From: Chloroflexota bacterium
Lineage (GTDB): Bacteria; Chloroflexota; Dehalococcoidia; JACPPY01
Assembly (NCBI GenBank): GCA_040754215.1
Contig: JBFMDE010000005.1
Coordinates: 1 to 51,124 of the forward strand
Length of the DNA stretch: 51,124 bases
Direction: 5' to 3'
Shown: in pieces, positions 18,456 to 28,718 of the stretch
How the letters are laid out: the number at the start of each line of letters is the position of its first letter
Numbering within the stretch: the stretch's first letter is position 1
Notes under the pieces: model-generated
What the model was told of the DNA's origin: nothing
Databases searched by the model: none
What the model saw: the letters and a program-made list of their open reading frames with translations, nothing else
Made by a program: the position numbers and the translations under genes

Positions 18456-19145
18456 ATGATGGTTCGAGACCTGCATGACTGGCGGATAAACCCTGAAGAG
18501 GCGCGCGAGGTACAACGTCGGCTGGCAGGCCTGGTATCCAGGCATAGTGAAGTTGGTACAACTCGAGTGGTCGCTGGCGTGGACGCCTCTTACCCTCGTT
18601 GGCGAGGAGTGGGCACTGGGTCTGTGGTGCTGGTGAGATACCCCGACCTTACGCTGCTGGAGGTCAGGACCTATTCAGCAGAGTTTTCCTTTCCTTATAT
18701 CCCTGGCCTTCTCTCTTTCCGGGAGTCGCCGTTGGTGTTGGGGGCCTGGAAGAGGCTCTCGTCTCTGCCGGACCTGGTGCTGGTTGACGGTCAGGGGATT
18801 GCCCATCCACGGCGGATGGGGCTGGCCTCTCACCTCGGCCTTCTCCTGGACAGGCCGACAATCGGTTGCGCCAAGTCTGTGCTGTGCGGGACACATGGAC
18901 CTGTGGGAGAAGGACGGGGGTCGTGGGTGGAGCTTGTGGATGGGGGAGAGGTGATTGGCGCGGCAGTGAGGACCAAGGAACGTGCCACCCCTGTGTACGT
19001 GTCCATAGGTCATAAAGTAGACCTGCCATCGGCACTCCACTGGACACAGGCATGCTGCCGCGGTTACCGGTTGCCTGAGCCGCTGAGGCTGGCCCATCTG
19101 GCGTCGGTGGGTGAACTCCCAGCGACGAAGTCTGTGAGACACTGA
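18456..19145 (+). CDS. nfi: Endonuclease V
   Basis: AGVDAS, FPYIPGLLSFRE, LVDGQGIAHPRRMGLASH, IGCAKS, PVYVSIGH, RLPEPLRLAH. Confidence 0.95.
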   Translation: MMVRDLHDWRINPEEAREVQRRLAGLVSRHSEVGTTRVVAGVDASYPRWRGVGTGSVVLVRYPDLTLLEVRTYSAEFSFPYIPGLLSFRESPLVLGAWKRLSSLPDLVLVDGQGIAHPRRMGLASHLGLLLDRPTIGCAKSVLCGTHGPVGEGRGSWVELVDGGEVIGAAVRTKERATPVYVSIGHKVDLPSALHWTQACCRGYRLPEPLRLAHLASVGELPATKSVRH

Positions 19146-19217
19146 CGACTCGACCTGTGGCAGAGATCGGACAAGGAATCTGGCTGAAGGCAGTATGGAT
19201 AGGAGGACCATTGGGAT

Positions 19218-20322
19218 ATGGAACAGTTACTGGAACAGTTGAACGCGCTGCATTCCCGAATTTCTGACATCGTGGTGCGTCTTTGACATAGCGAGCAAGG
19301 AAAAGGAGATAGCCGGTCTGGAGCAGGAAGCCTCTCAGCCGGACTTCTGGCAGGACACGAGGCGGGCACAGGCGGTCATGAGCCGGCTGAGTGCACTCAA
19401 GGAGTCGGTGCAGACGTGGCGGAGTGTAGAAAAGGAGGTCGCTGACCTCTCCGGACTGGTCGCCTTGGCCGTGGAGGAGAAGGACGACTCCTTTCAGGGA
19501 GAGGTGGATGCTGCGGTTGCGCGGTTGACCTCGCGCCTGGGTCAGTTAGAGTTCGGCCTGCTTTTCCAGGGTGAGTATGACTCGCGGAATGCGATCCTGG
19601 CCATACACGCCGGTGCCGGAGGCACGGAGTCCCAGGACTGGGCTGAAATGATGTTGCGCATGTACCTGCGCTGGGCTGAACGGCGTAACTTTGCTGCCGA
19701 GGTATTGGACACCTCGCCGGGCATCGAGGCGGGGATCAAGAGCGCCGTCGTTGAGGTCAAGGGCGAGCATGCTTACGGGCACCTTGTTTCTGAACATGGG
19801 GTGCACAGGTTGGTGCGACTCTCCCCTTTCGACTACGACCACGCACGGCACACCTCGTTCGTCCTCGTTGAAGTGCTGCCCGAGGCCGAGGAAAACGTTG
19901 ACTTCAAGATTGACCCGGCAGAGATCAAGGTCGAGGCCTTCCGCTCCAGCGGCCCTGGTGGACAGCACATGCAGAAGACGAGCAGTGCAGTGCGAGTGAC
20001 CCATCTACCCACAGGCATCGCTGCAACCTGTCAGAGTCAGCGCTCTCAACTGCGCAACAGGGAGATCGCGATGAAGATCCTCTACGCGCGACTTCTGGAG
20101 GTGGAGCTGCAGAAGAAGCAAGAGGAGAGGGCAAAGCTGAAGGGGGAGCGCATTGAGGCCGGATGGGGCAACCAGATTCGGAGCTATGTCCTGCACCCCT
20201 ACCATATGGTAAAGGACCATCGCACCGGATATGAGACCGGCAACACCTCTGCAGTGCTTGACGGTGACCTGGATGGCTTCATGGAGGCCTTACTGAGGTC
20301 GAGGATCGGCGAGGGTAAGTGA
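19218..20322 (+). CDS. prfB: Peptide chain release factor 2, with programmed +1 frameshift
   Basis: ORF0 from ATG 19218 (MEQLLEQLNALHSRISDIVVRL) ends at CTT TGA C (19281-19287). The +1 frame continues DIASKEKEI...FWQD into the 19378 ORF, which has GGTESQDWA, SPF and GGQ motifs. Confidence 0.95.
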
Positions 20323-21476
20323 AGTACCAGGAATCGCGTCTGCTGGCCTTGGCGTTGTGCCTGGCGGCAATCCTCACGGTCGCATCCGCCCTGGTCCTGC
20401 CTGGCATGGTGTCCAGGGCCTCCACATCCGGGATAACCCTTGAGACCTCGGTACAGGTCTCCTTTCCCAATTCGATGCTGTTCATGGTGAAGGCCGAAAG
20501 CGATGCCGACATCATGGAACTGAGGCTGCACTACACTGTGGAGAGGCAGAACTACGCGCTGGTTACCAGCGAGGCCTGGGCACAGTTCCGCCCGGCGCTG
20601 GTGGTTGATACTTCGTGGCTGTGGGACATGCGGAAGGGGGGGTTGCCTCCCGGGGCAGTGCTCCAGTACTGGTGGACGGCAGAGGATGCCGCGGGCAGGA
20701 GTTCAGCTTCAAGTCCGACGAATGTGTCATTTGAGGACGACAGGTACAAATGGCAGGCGGTGACCGAGGGCGCGGTCACCCTATTGTGGTACGAGGGAGG
20801 GCGTCCTTTCGCCGATGAGCTCCTGGCTTCAGCACAGCAGGCGCTGCAGCGGCTTTCCGCGGATACCGGGGCTTCACCACCCGGGAAGGTGGGGATCTAT
20901 GTATATGCCAGCGCTGCCGACTTGCGTGGTGCTTTGCTGTTCCCTCAGGAGTGGACCGGTGGAGTCGCCTTCGTGAGCTACAACATCATAGCTATCGGCA
21001 TTCCCACTTCGGCGCTGTCATGGGGCAAGAGGGCGGTGGCGCATGAGTTGACACACTGGGTTGTCGGTGGGTTGACCTTTAATAGCTACGGTGCCGGCCT
21101 CCCCACGTGGCTGGAAGAGGGCCTGGCGACGTACGGAGAGGGAGACATGAGTCCGGACACCAAGGCATGGCTCGACAAGGCCATCTCGGAGAACAAGTTG
21201 CTCTCGGTGCGGAGCCTGTCGAGCCCTTTCTCTGCGATTACGGAACAAGCATACATCTCCTATGCTCAGAGCTACAGCCTGGTGGCGTATCTCATCCGGG
21301 AACATGGCAGGGAAAGGATGCTCGAGTTGTTGAATGTGTTCCGCCAGGGAAGCGGTTATGACCAGGCCCTGAGGCAGGTATACGGCTTCGACCAGGATGG
21401 TCTCGATACCCTGTGGCGGAGAAGCATCGGGGTGCAGACGTCGCTTTCCCGGCAGCTGGAACCGGCGCTGGTTTAG
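20319..21476 (+). CDS. Secreted peptidase MA-like (gluzincin) metalloprotease
   Basis: Signal-peptide-like N-terminus. HELTH followed by PTWLEEGLA. Confidence 0.8.
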   Translation: MKYQESRLLALALCLAAILTVASALVLPGMVSRASTSGITLETSVQVSFPNSMLFMVKAESDADIMELRLHYTVERQNYALVTSEAWAQFRPALVVDTSWLWDMRKGGLPPGAVLQYWWTAEDAAGRSSASSPTNVSFEDDRYKWQAVTEGAVTLLWYEGGRPFADELLASAQQALQRLSADTGASPPGKVGIYVYASAADLRGALLFPQEWTGGVAFVSYNIIAIGIPTSALSWGKRAVAHELTHWVVGGLTFNSYGAGLPTWLEEGLATYGEGDMSPDTKAWLDKAISENKLLSVRSLSSPFSAITEQAYISYAQSYSLVAYLIREHGRERMLELLNVFRQGSGYDQALRQVYGFDQDGLDTLWRRSIGVQTSLSRQLEPALV

Positions 21477-21485
21477 GGGGCAACT

Positions 21486-22223
21486 ATGCCCAGAAAACCG
21501 AAGGGAAGTCGGTCTGACGTGAAGGAGCATTCGTCAAGCAAGACCTTCACGGTGCGTGACATGCCACTCTCCGAGCGTCCGCGTGAGAGGCTGTCCAAGT
21601 TCGGCGCCGAGGCGCTCTCGGCTGCCGAGCTCTTGGCCATTATCCTGGGCCGTGGTGTGAAGGGCGAACCGGTGACCATGACATCCCAGAAACTGCTGAG
21701 CAGGTTCGGCAGCCTGAAAGGGGTCCTCAGTGCATCGCTCGAGGAGCTGTGCGCGTTGAACGGAGTCGGGCCGGCCAAGGCCGCCCAGTTGAAAGCCGCC
21801 CTGGAGGTCAGCAGGAGGCTGGAGGGCCAGGGAGAGGCGGGGTCGGGAGCCACCGTCAAAGGGCCGGACGACGTGGTCAGGGAGGTCAGGGCGGGACTGA
21901 AAGGGAAGAAGAAGGAACACTTCCTGGTGGTCTTGCTGGATACACGGAACCATGTCATCGCTGTGGAGCATGTCTCGAAGGGTAGTCTGGACAGCAGCGT
22001 TGTCCATCCCAGAGAGGTGTTTCAGCCTGCTATCGCTGCCAGCGCAGCATCGGTGATACTGGTGCATAATCACCCCTCCGGCGACCCCCAGCCCTCGGAG
22101 GAGGACGTCGCGATGACCAGGCGGTTGGCCTCGGCGGGGGAACTGATGGGCATCGGGGTGCTGGACCACCTCATTGTGTGTGACTCAGGCCATCTCAGCA
22201 TGAAGGCCGGGGGGCTGATGTAG
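21486..22223 (+). CDS. radC: RadC family JAB-domain protein
   Basis: ERPRERL...LSAAELLAIIL, HhH GVGPAKA, VHPREVF, HNHPSGDPQPSEED, LDHLIV. Confidence 0.95.
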   Translation: MPRKPKGSRSDVKEHSSSKTFTVRDMPLSERPRERLSKFGAEALSAAELLAIILGRGVKGEPVTMTSQKLLSRFGSLKGVLSASLEELCALNGVGPAKAAQLKAALEVSRRLEGQGEAGSGATVKGPDDVVREVRAGLKGKKKEHFLVVLLDTRNHVIAVEHVSKGSLDSSVVHPREVFQPAIAASAASVILVHNHPSGDPQPSEEDVAMTRRLASAGELMGIGVLDHLIVCDSGHLSMKAGGLM

Positions 22224-22225
22224 GG

Positions 22226-23869
22226 ATGCTGCACAGGGGTACTGCACCGGCATGGAGACGGCCTGTGGCATCAACCACCTGGAGAGTGTTGCTCGTGGGG
22301 TTGGCCCTGGTGGTGTCCAGCGGGGTGGGATGCCGCCCGAGCACGGGTACGTTGTCCCCCACGCCACCGACGTCCACGGGGCAGGGAACGCTCAGGCTGG
22401 CGGATACCGGCCCCTTCACTCTGGACCCCGCGGTGGCGGGAGAGGCCGCGTCGGGCCTTTACATAATGCAGATATTCAGCGGATTGGTGAAGCTCGACGA
22501 GGACTTGGAGTTGACCCCCGACATTGCAGAGAGGTGGGACAAGAACCAGGATGGCAGGGTGTTCACCTTTCACCTACGGCATGACGCCAAGTTCCATGAT
22601 GGCAGGGCGGTGAAGGCTGGGGACTTCAAGTATTCCTGGGAGAGAGCGCTTGACCCGGCGACGGGGTCGAGGACAGCGGGGACCTACCTGGGAGACATCG
22701 TAGGGGCTGCTGACATGCTGGTGGGGAGAACTGCCGAGTTGAGTGGGGTCAGGGTACTGGATGACTATACGCTGGAGGTCACCATAGATGGCCCCAAGGC
22801 GTACTTCCTCTCGAAGCTGTCCTACCCTGTGGCCTTTGTGGTGGACAGGGCCAATGTTGAGGTCGGAGGGTCGTGGTGGCAGCGTCCTAACGGCACCGGC
22901 CCGTTCAAGCTCAAAGAGTGGCGGAAGGACGAGTTGTTCGTGCTCAGCCGCAACGACGACTTCTATGGTGAGAAGGCGAAGCTGAAGGAAGTGGCCTTCG
23001 AGCTGTGGAGCGGAAGTTCCATGGTCTTGTATCAGAGCGGTGAGATAGACGTCGCCTATACTGGCGGAGCCTACATGGGTCTGGTGACTGACCCTAACAA
23101 CGCGCTCTCGAAGGAGCTCAGGATGTACCCTGAGCTGAGCTTTTACTATATCGGCTTCAACGCCTCGAGGCCTCCTTTCGACGATGTGAACGTTCGCCGT
23201 GCCTTTTCCCATGCCGTTGACAAGGATAGGGTGATCAGCCTGGCGATGCAGGATGCGGTATCAGTGGCATACGGCGTTGTGCCACCCGGCCTTCCCGGCT
23301 ATGACAGCAGCGTTTGCGGGTCACGCTTTGACCCGCAGAAGGCCAGGGAGTTCATCGCGGCCTCTAGGTACGGCGATGTGACTAAGCTCCCCCCTATTAC
23401 GCTCACGACTGCTGGCTGGGGAGGCAACATCTCGGGACTCCTGGGCGGGGTCATCGAGGAGTGGCGGAGGAACCTGGGGGTAGAGGTGCGGGTCAGGCAA
23501 CTGGAGCCAGAGGTCTTTTTCTACTTCCTGCGGGAAGAGAAGGATGAGATGTATGATTTGGGCTGGGTAGCCGACTACCCCGACCCGCAGAACTTTCTGG
23601 ACATCCTCTTCCGCACGGGGGCGGAGAACAACGCCGGGGAGTACAGTAGCACTGTGGTGGACAAGCTGCTGGACGAGGCTGCAATCGAGCAGGACCCTGC
23701 CGCCCGGCTGAGGATGTATCTGGAGGCGGAGAACACCATCGTGGAAGATGCCGCTGTCCTGCCGCTATTCTTTGGCCGCAACTATGTGCTGGTCAAGCCG
23801 TATGTGAAGGGCTATTCCCTGACCCCGCTGGGATACCCTCTACTGAGCAAAGTTAGCGTAGAGCGCTAA
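22226..23869 (+). CDS. Peptide/nickel ABC transporter substrate-binding lipoprotein (family 5)
   Basis: Lipobox-like [53 protein letters not shown]. Confidence 0.9.
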   Translation: MLHRGTAPAWRRPVASTTWRVLLVGLALVVSSGVGCRPSTGTLSPTPPTSTGQGTLRLADTGPFTLDPAVAGEAASGLYIMQIFSGLVKLDEDLELTPDIAERWDKNQDGRVFTFHLRHDAKFHDGRAVKAGDFKYSWERALDPATGSRTAGTYLGDIVGAADMLVGRTAELSGVRVLDDYTLEVTIDGPKAYFLSKLSYPVAFVVDRANVEVGGSWWQRPNGTGPFKLKEWRKDELFVLSRNDDFYGEKAKLKEVAFELWSGSSMVLYQSGEIDVAYTGGAYMGLVTDPNNALSKELRMYPELSFYYIGFNASRPPFDDVNVRRAFSHAVDKDRVISLAMQDAVSVAYGVVPPGLPGYDSSVCGSRFDPQKAREFIAASRYGDVTKLPPITLTTAGWGGNISGLLGGVIEEWRRNLGVEVRVRQLEPEVFFYFLREEKDEMYDLGWVADYPDPQNFLDILFRTGAENNAGEYSSTVVDKLLDEAAIEQDPAARLRMYLEAENTIVEDAAVLPLFFGRNYVLVKPYVKGYSLTPLGYPLLSKVSVER

Positions 23870-24741
23870 GGCTTTGCCAGCACCTTTTTTGTTGTTAGCC
23901 CGATTTCGGCCGGATTGTCGCAGATAGTGACGCCTGCCCTCCTCAGTGCTGCTGCCTTGTCTTGAGCTCTACCGGAGCTGCCGCTGATTATGGCGCCGGC
24001 GTGTCCCATGCGGCGTCCTGGCGGGGCTGTGCTGCCGGCGATGAATGCCACCACCGGCTTGGTGACCTCCTGGTGGATGAACTCGGCAGCATCCTGTTCC
24101 ATGGTGCCGCCGATCTCGCCGATGAGTACTATGGCTTTGGTCTCGGCATCCTTCTGGAAGAGCTTCAGTATGTCCACGAAGGTGCTGCCCGGAAGCGGGT
24201 CGCCACCGATTCCCACACACGTGGACTGCCCTATACCCAGGTTGGTCAGTTGGGCGACCGCCTCGTAGGTGAGGGTGCCGCTGCGCGATACAACCCCCAC
24301 ACTTCCCGGCATGTGGATGTCACCCGACATTATCCCGGCCAGGCACTTTCCCGGCGATATGACGCCAGGGCAGTTAGGCCCGATCAGGCGGGTGGTGTCC
24401 TTGTTCAAGTGGCGATGTACCCGCACCATGTCCATCACCGGTATCCCTTCGGTTATACAGACCACCACCTTGAGGCTGGCATCTGCGGCCTCCAGGATGG
24501 CATCAGCGGCGAACGGGGCCGGTACGAAGATGATGCTCGCATTAGCGTCTGTGCTGGCCACAGCCTGCTCGACGGTATCGAATACGGGAACTCCCAGGAC
24601 TTGGGAGCCTCCCTTGCCCGGCGTGACCCCGGCCACCACCTTGGTGCCGTACTTCAGGCAGCGTTCGGCATGGAAGCTGCCCTCGCCGCCAGTCATGCCC
24701 TGGACAAGCAGTCGGGTGTTTCTGTTGATGAGTATGCTCAA
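23866..24741 (-). CDS. sucD: Succinate--CoA ligase alpha subunit
   Basis: [42 protein letters not shown] (phospho-His). Confidence 0.95.
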   Translation of the reverse strand: MSILINRNTRLLVQGMTGGEGSFHAERCLKYGTKVVAGVTPGKGGSQVLGVPVFDTVEQAVASTDANASIIFVPAPFAADAILEAADASLKVVVCITEGIPVMDMVRVHRHLNKDTTRLIGPNCPGVISPGKCLAGIMSGDIHMPGSVGVVSRSGTLTYEAVAQLTNLGIGQSTCVGIGGDPLPGSTFVDILKLFQKDAETKAIVLIGEIGGTMEQDAAEFIHQEVTKPVVAFIAGSTAPPGRRMGHAGAIISGSSGRAQDKAAALRRAGVTICDNPAEIGLTTKKVLAKP

Positions 24742-25913
24742 CGGACCATGCCTCCTTTTGCTGCTTTGACGGCCTTCTGCGCGAGGTCCTGGAAGTCCGC
24801 GGCCTCGATGTACTTCAGCCCGGATTCCTTGAGCATGCGCTTGCCTTCGGCCACGTTTGTGCCCGCCAGACGGATGACCAGGGGCATCGTTATCTTCATC
24901 TGCCTGTGGGCCTCGATGATGCCCTGGGCGATGATGTCCACCCTGGCCAGGCCGCCGAAGATGTTGACCAGTATGGCCTTGACTGAAGGGTCGGCCATGA
25001 ATATCTTGAACGAGTTGACCACTCTGTCGGGGTTGTTGGCAGTGCCGATGTCCAGGAAGTTGGCGGGCCTGCCACCGGACAAAGTGATGAGGTCCATCAC
25101 TGCCATGGCCAGGCCGGCACCGTTCACCATGCAGCCGATGGTGCCGTCTACCTTTACATAATTCTGGATACCCGACTTTTTGGCTCGGACCTCGATGGGG
25201 TCTTCCTGCTCCTCGTCGCGCAGGGCCTCGATGTCCTTGTGCCGGAAATCCGCATTGTCGTCGAAGTTGAGCTTGGCATCAACTGCGAGCAGGTCACCCT
25301 TGGTGGTCACCACCAGGGGGTTTATCTCGGCCAGTGAGCAGTCGTTGACCTCGAACAGGCGGTACAGGTTCGTCATAAGAGCAGTGGCAGGCCGGATGAG
25401 TTCCTGTTTCAGTCTGACGCCGTAGGCGAGCCTCCGGCCCTGATAGGCCTGGAACCCCGTGGCCGGGTCTATGTAGGTCTTGATGATCTTCTCCGGATGG
25501 TCGCGGGCCACCTCCTCAATATCCATGCCGCCCGCTTCGGAGGCCATCATCACGGGAAGGCGGCTTGCGCCGTCCACGACTATGCTCAGGTACATCTGGC
25601 TGGCGATGTCTATGGGTTGTTCCACCAGGAGTTTGTTTACCGGAACACCCTCGGGCGTGGTCTGGTGGGTGACCAGCCTGCTGCCGAGGAGATGCTTCGC
25701 TATCTGCTCGGCCTCCTGTGGTGAGCTGGCGGTCCTGATGCCGCCCGCCTTACCCCTGCCGCCAGCATACACCTGCGACTTGAGCACTGCCTTGCCACCC
25801 AGCCGGGCAGTGATAGCCCCTGCTTCGGCGGGTGTAGTTGCCACCTCTCCGCGCGGGACGGGGATGCCGGACTGGGCCATGAGTGCCTTGGCCTGGTATT
25901 CGTGGACCTTCAT
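24738..25913 (-). CDS. sucC: Succinate--CoA ligase beta subunit
   Basis: [57 protein letters not shown]. Confidence 0.95.
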   Translation of the reverse strand: MKVHEYQAKALMAQSGIPVPRGEVATTPAEAGAITARLGGKAVLKSQVYAGGRGKAGGIRTASSPQEAEQIAKHLLGSRLVTHQTTPEGVPVNKLLVEQPIDIASQMYLSIVVDGASRLPVMMASEAGGMDIEEVARDHPEKIIKTYIDPATGFQAYQGRRLAYGVRLKQELIRPATALMTNLYRLFEVNDCSLAEINPLVVTTKGDLLAVDAKLNFDDNADFRHKDIEALRDEEQEDPIEVRAKKSGIQNYVKVDGTIGCMVNGAGLAMAVMDLITLSGGRPANFLDIGTANNPDRVVNSFKIFMADPSVKAILVNIFGGLARVDIIAQGIIEAHRQMKITMPLVIRLAGTNVAEGKRMLKESGLKYIEAADFQDLAQKAVKAAKGGMVR

Positions 25914-25959
25914 CTTGCCTCCTGAAATCTTATGTGGAACACTGTGTGCGACCTGACAG

Positions 25960-26046
25960 CGGAGGGGGTGGGATTCGAACCCACGTCCCGATAAATCGGG
26001 AAACGGTTTTCAAGACCGTCACCATAGGCCACTCGGTCACCCCTCC
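25960..26046 (-). tRNA. tRNA-Ser (anticodon TGA), long variable arm, CCA not encoded
   Basis: Reverse complement GGAGGGGTGACCGAGTGGCCTATGGTGACGGTCTTGAAAACCGTTTCCCGATTTATCGGGACGTGGGTTCGAATCCCACCCCCTCCG. Anticodon arm ACGGT-CTTGAAA-ACCGT, variable stem TCCCGAT/ATCGGGA. Confidence 0.95.
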
Positions 26047-26056
26047 CAGGCTTCGT

Positions 26057-26085
26057 AGTATATGGGACACCCTGTAGGCCGTCAA
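26057..26085 (-). promoter_or_regulatory. Sigma70 promoter for tRNA-Ser (possibly reading on into sucCD)
   Basis: TTGACG-17 nt-TATACT, 10 nt upstream of the tRNA. Confidence 0.7.
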
Positions 26086-26096
26086 CCAGAGCGGGG

Positions 26097-26258
26097 GTCT
26101 GACATGTTCGGTACGGAGCGCTCTTCCCACTGAGGCAGGTAGTCCAATCTCCTACCCCGGAGCTGTTCACAAACATGCCACCCTGAGCACGTCGAAGGGT
26201 GGCAGCCGTCCTTTCCCTGACCTTGACTTGGACTGGCTGCGCCGGTACCATTTCAGCA
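26097..26258 (+). ncRNA. Candidate 6S RNA (long irregular hairpin)
   Basis: Nested pairings: 26099-26106/26249-26256, 26111-26114/26245-26248, 26135-26147/26228-26240, 26176-26184/26196-26204. The segments CTGACATGTTCG, CCCACTGAG, GGAGC and ACCTTGA resemble 6S RNA segments as I recall them. Not verified by a covariance model. Confidence 0.55.
26176..26204. repeat. REP-like palindromic hairpin
   Basis: Perfect 9-bp stem TGCCACCCT/AGGGTGGCA enclosing GAGCACGTCGA. The core CCCTGAGCnnGTCGAAGGG resembles a widespread REP-type repeat. Only one copy seen in this window. Confidence 0.4.
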
Positions 26259-26294
26259 CGACTTTTCCGTTCGTCGTGTCCCGAGGAGAGAGCA

Positions 26295-26915
26295 TTGCCT
26301 ACCCGGATCATACTGGTCAGACACGGACAGACAGAGTGGAACCGCGAGGAACGGTTCAGGGGCAGGGCAGATATAGACTTGAACCAGACGGGGTTGAAGC
26401 AGGCCGAGGCCGCCGCAGCCACGCTGTCCGAGCTGGGGGCGGCGGCATTGTACAGCAGCCCCTTGAAACGTGCCCTCAGGACTGCTGAGGTCGTGGCACG
26501 GCGCCTGGGCCTCGTCGTCGTCCCGCTGGAGGGAGTCACAGACGTAGACTACGGGTACTGGCAGGGCCTGAGCCTGCGCGAGGCCGAGGAGCGGGACCCC
26601 GGCGTCTTCGCTCAGTGGCGCGACGGCCCGCAACTGACCCGCTTCCCTGGCGGAGAGAGCATGGAGGAGGTACGGGCCAGGGCAGCCGCCGCAGTGGACG
26701 CGCTGGCCTTGAAGCATGCCGGCCAGTCCGTGGTTGTAGTATCTCACGTAGTGGTGTGCCGTCTCCTGGTGCTGCACCTGCTGGGTCTTGATACCTCCCG
26801 TTTCTGGCACGTAGGGCAGGACAACTGCGCTGTGAGCATCTTCGAGATGCGTGACGGCCTGTCGGTGGCCCTGCGCCTCAACGATACCTGCCATCTCAGG
26901 GAGCTGGAGCCGTAG
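26295..26915 (+). CDS. Histidine phosphatase family protein (PGM/CobC-like)
   Basis: LVRHGQTEWN, YSSPLKRA, FPGGES, VVSH. TTG start after GAGGAG. Confidence 0.9.
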   Translation: MPTRIILVRHGQTEWNREERFRGRADIDLNQTGLKQAEAAAATLSELGAAALYSSPLKRALRTAEVVARRLGLVVVPLEGVTDVDYGYWQGLSLREAEERDPGVFAQWRDGPQLTRFPGGESMEEVRARAAAAVDALALKHAGQSVVVVSHVVVCRLLVLHLLGLDTSRFWHVGQDNCAVSIFEMRDGLSVALRLNDTCHLRELEP

Positions 26916-27584
26916 TTGTCGGACCCGGTCACTACCCGCTGGGTGCTCGGACAACTGAAAAGGGAATACGGCCCGCTGCCTAGGCAGACTACGTCATCCC
27001 CGGTATCGGAGCTGGTGCGGACGGTCCTCTCTCAGAACACCTCGGATGTCAACTCTGACCGTGCCTATTCCTGTCTCATCTCCACGTTTCCCACGTGGGA
27101 GGGCATCTTGAAGGCCGACGAGGCGCAGGTGGCCGCAGCTATCCGCAGTGGTGGGTTGGGGAACATCAAGGCAGGCAGAATCCAGGTGATGCTGAAAGAG
27201 ATTTTACGCCGCAGGGGTGATTTGGACCTGAGCTTTCTGCGTGACCTGCCCCTGGAGATGGCCAGGAAGTGGCTGGAGGAATTGCCGGGCGTCGGTCCCA
27301 AGACGGCGGCGTGCGTCCTGCTTTTCTCGCTGGGGATGCCCGCCCTGCCGGTGGACACACATGTGCTACGTGTAGCCCGGCGGCTAGGACTGGTACCAGG
27401 TGCGGCTACGGCAAACAGGGCACAAGGACTCCTGGAGGGTGTGCTCCCTGCGGAAAGGGTCTATCCCTTCCACATCTACCTGATCAGGCACGGCAGGCTG
27501 GTCTGCAGGGCGAGGAAGCCTCTGTGCCGCCGGTGTGTCCTGAGACAGAGATGCCCCTCGACACTGGCCGTTGAGAGCGGCTAG
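26916..27584 (+). CDS. nth: Endonuclease III family HhH-GPD DNA glycosylase with [4Fe-4S] loop
   Basis: LSQNTSD, LPGVGPKTA, PVDTHVLRV, CRARKPLCRRCVLRQRC. Confidence 0.88.
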   Translation: MSDPVTTRWVLGQLKREYGPLPRQTTSSPVSELVRTVLSQNTSDVNSDRAYSCLISTFPTWEGILKADEAQVAAAIRSGGLGNIKAGRIQVMLKEILRRRGDLDLSFLRDLPLEMARKWLEELPGVGPKTAACVLLFSLGMPALPVDTHVLRVARRLGLVPGAATANRAQGLLEGVLPAERVYPFHIYLIRHGRLVCRARKPLCRRCVLRQRCPSTLAVESG

Positions 27585-27586
27585 CT

Positions 27587-28636
27587 TTATATGCCCAGCG
27601 CCTTATACAGCGCCTTGAAGTCGAAGTGCTGCGAGACCAGCTCGTCGAATTTCCTCAGCTTCTGCTCGTGCGAGAAGGTGACTTTGCTCAGGGCTTGCTC
27701 CAGCCGTGACATCGCTGTACGTGTGTCCTGCTCTGTAACCAGGATGGGCACCTTGCGACGCTCAGCCTGCCTTAGCACCGCGTCAATGGGCTTGACGCCA
27801 CCGGTCAACACCAGACACCTGGTAGGAGTTTCCATTGCCGCCAGTTGCATGTCGGAGCGTTCACCGCGGACTATCACCGCCTTGTTGGACTTCCGGCCGA
27901 AGTACTGTGGTCCGGGGTCGAGGCCGGCAGCGCCCAGCATGATGTTTTCCACCAGTTCGCCGGTGCCGTCAGCGGGTGTCACCTCTACGGCGCCCACAAT
28001 CTCCCCCAGCTCCTTTACGCTCAGGCCCAGCAGGGTCCTGTCCTGAGGCAGGACGCCGAACACCTGTGCATCCAGCCCTGATGTCAGCTTCGCCTTTTCT
28101 GCCATCTTGTTTGCCGGGACGCCGTTCACCACTGCGCCCAGCAGCTTTGCCTTGAGGCTGCTGTCCATGCTGCCCAGTTCTGCCTTCCACGGGCCGCCTG
28201 AATACTGGAGCACAATGAGCATCCAGGCCTCGGTTGTGCCCAGGATGTCTGCCAGCAATGAGGCTCCAGCGCTGTCCCTGCTCAGTCCGGATGGTCCCTC
28301 TATCACCACCACGTCCTTGGCACGGACGACCTCCCGGTACGCGTTCTGAATCTTTGTCACTATGTCGGACTTGCTGGTTTTGGTTGAGGCCTGCAGTTCC
28401 GCAGAGGTCATTCTCAGGGGGCAGACCAACTCCAGTGGCTCATGCAGTTCCAGCGTCTCTTTCAGGAATGCAGAGTCTCTGTCTGTGGCACCCGGAGTCT
28501 TCGGTTCTGTGATGATGGAGATGGGCTTGAAAAAACCTATCCTCTTCCCATCGTTCTGCAGTCTTCTCCCTATGCCTGCGCACAAGGCTGTCTTCCCCAC
28601 CTGCCCTGCGGGTGAAGCAACGCACAGTGCTACCAT
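27587..28636 (-). CDS. BioD-like AAA_26 + DRTGG domain protein (phosphotransacetylase N-terminal family)
   Basis: P-loop-like GQVGKT, GFFKP, VVIEG. DRTGG-like GERSDMQLAA...LVLTGG. No catalytic PTA domain. Confidence 0.85.
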   Translation of the reverse strand: MVALCVASPAGQVGKTALCAGIGRRLQNDGKRIGFFKPISIITEPKTPGATDRDSAFLKETLELHEPLELVCPLRMTSAELQASTKTSKSDIVTKIQNAYREVVRAKDVVVIEGPSGLSRDSAGASLLADILGTTEAWMLIVLQYSGGPWKAELGSMDSSLKAKLLGAVVNGVPANKMAEKAKLTSGLDAQVFGVLPQDRTLLGLSVKELGEIVGAVEVTPADGTGELVENIMLGAAGLDPGPQYFGRKSNKAVIVRGERSDMQLAAMETPTRCLVLTGGVKPIDAVLRQAERRKVPILVTEQDTRTAMSRLEQALSKVTFSHEQKLRKFDELVSQHFDFKALYKALGI

Positions 28637-28676
28637 ATTCAGACTTCCTCCAGCAAGCAGAATTAGGTGCCGTGCA

Positions 28677-28718
28677 ATTATACCCCTTCTTTACAACAAA
28701 GTGAATATGCTATACAAT
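28677..28718. promoter_or_regulatory. Overlapping divergent sigma70 promoters (greA-lysS-serS and the DRTGG gene)
   Basis: Plus strand: TTTACA(28690)-17-TACAAT(28713). Minus strand: TTCACT(28705)-17-TATAAT(28682). Confidence 0.6.

Noticed and set aside
17707-18561. Long N-terminal extensions of NuoA (408 aa), NuoH (486 aa) and NuoB (273 aa) in the ORF track
   Set aside because: They overlap neighbouring real genes. Downstream starts with RBS or stop-start coupling fit better.
19281-19287. In-frame TGA in prfB as a pseudogene or selenocysteine codon
   Set aside because: It matches the canonical RF2 +1 frameshift site and the downstream frame is intact.
25960-26046. tRNA-Sec or opal suppressor
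   Set aside because: The anticodon is TGA, which reads TCA (Ser), not TCA. The acceptor stem is a normal 7 bp.
26097-26258. SRP RNA, SAM-I, TPP or FMN riboswitch identity for the structured intergenic region
   Set aside because: The minus-strand GTCAAGGTCAGGGAAAGGACGGC only loosely resembles SRP helix 8, and core riboswitch motifs were not found.
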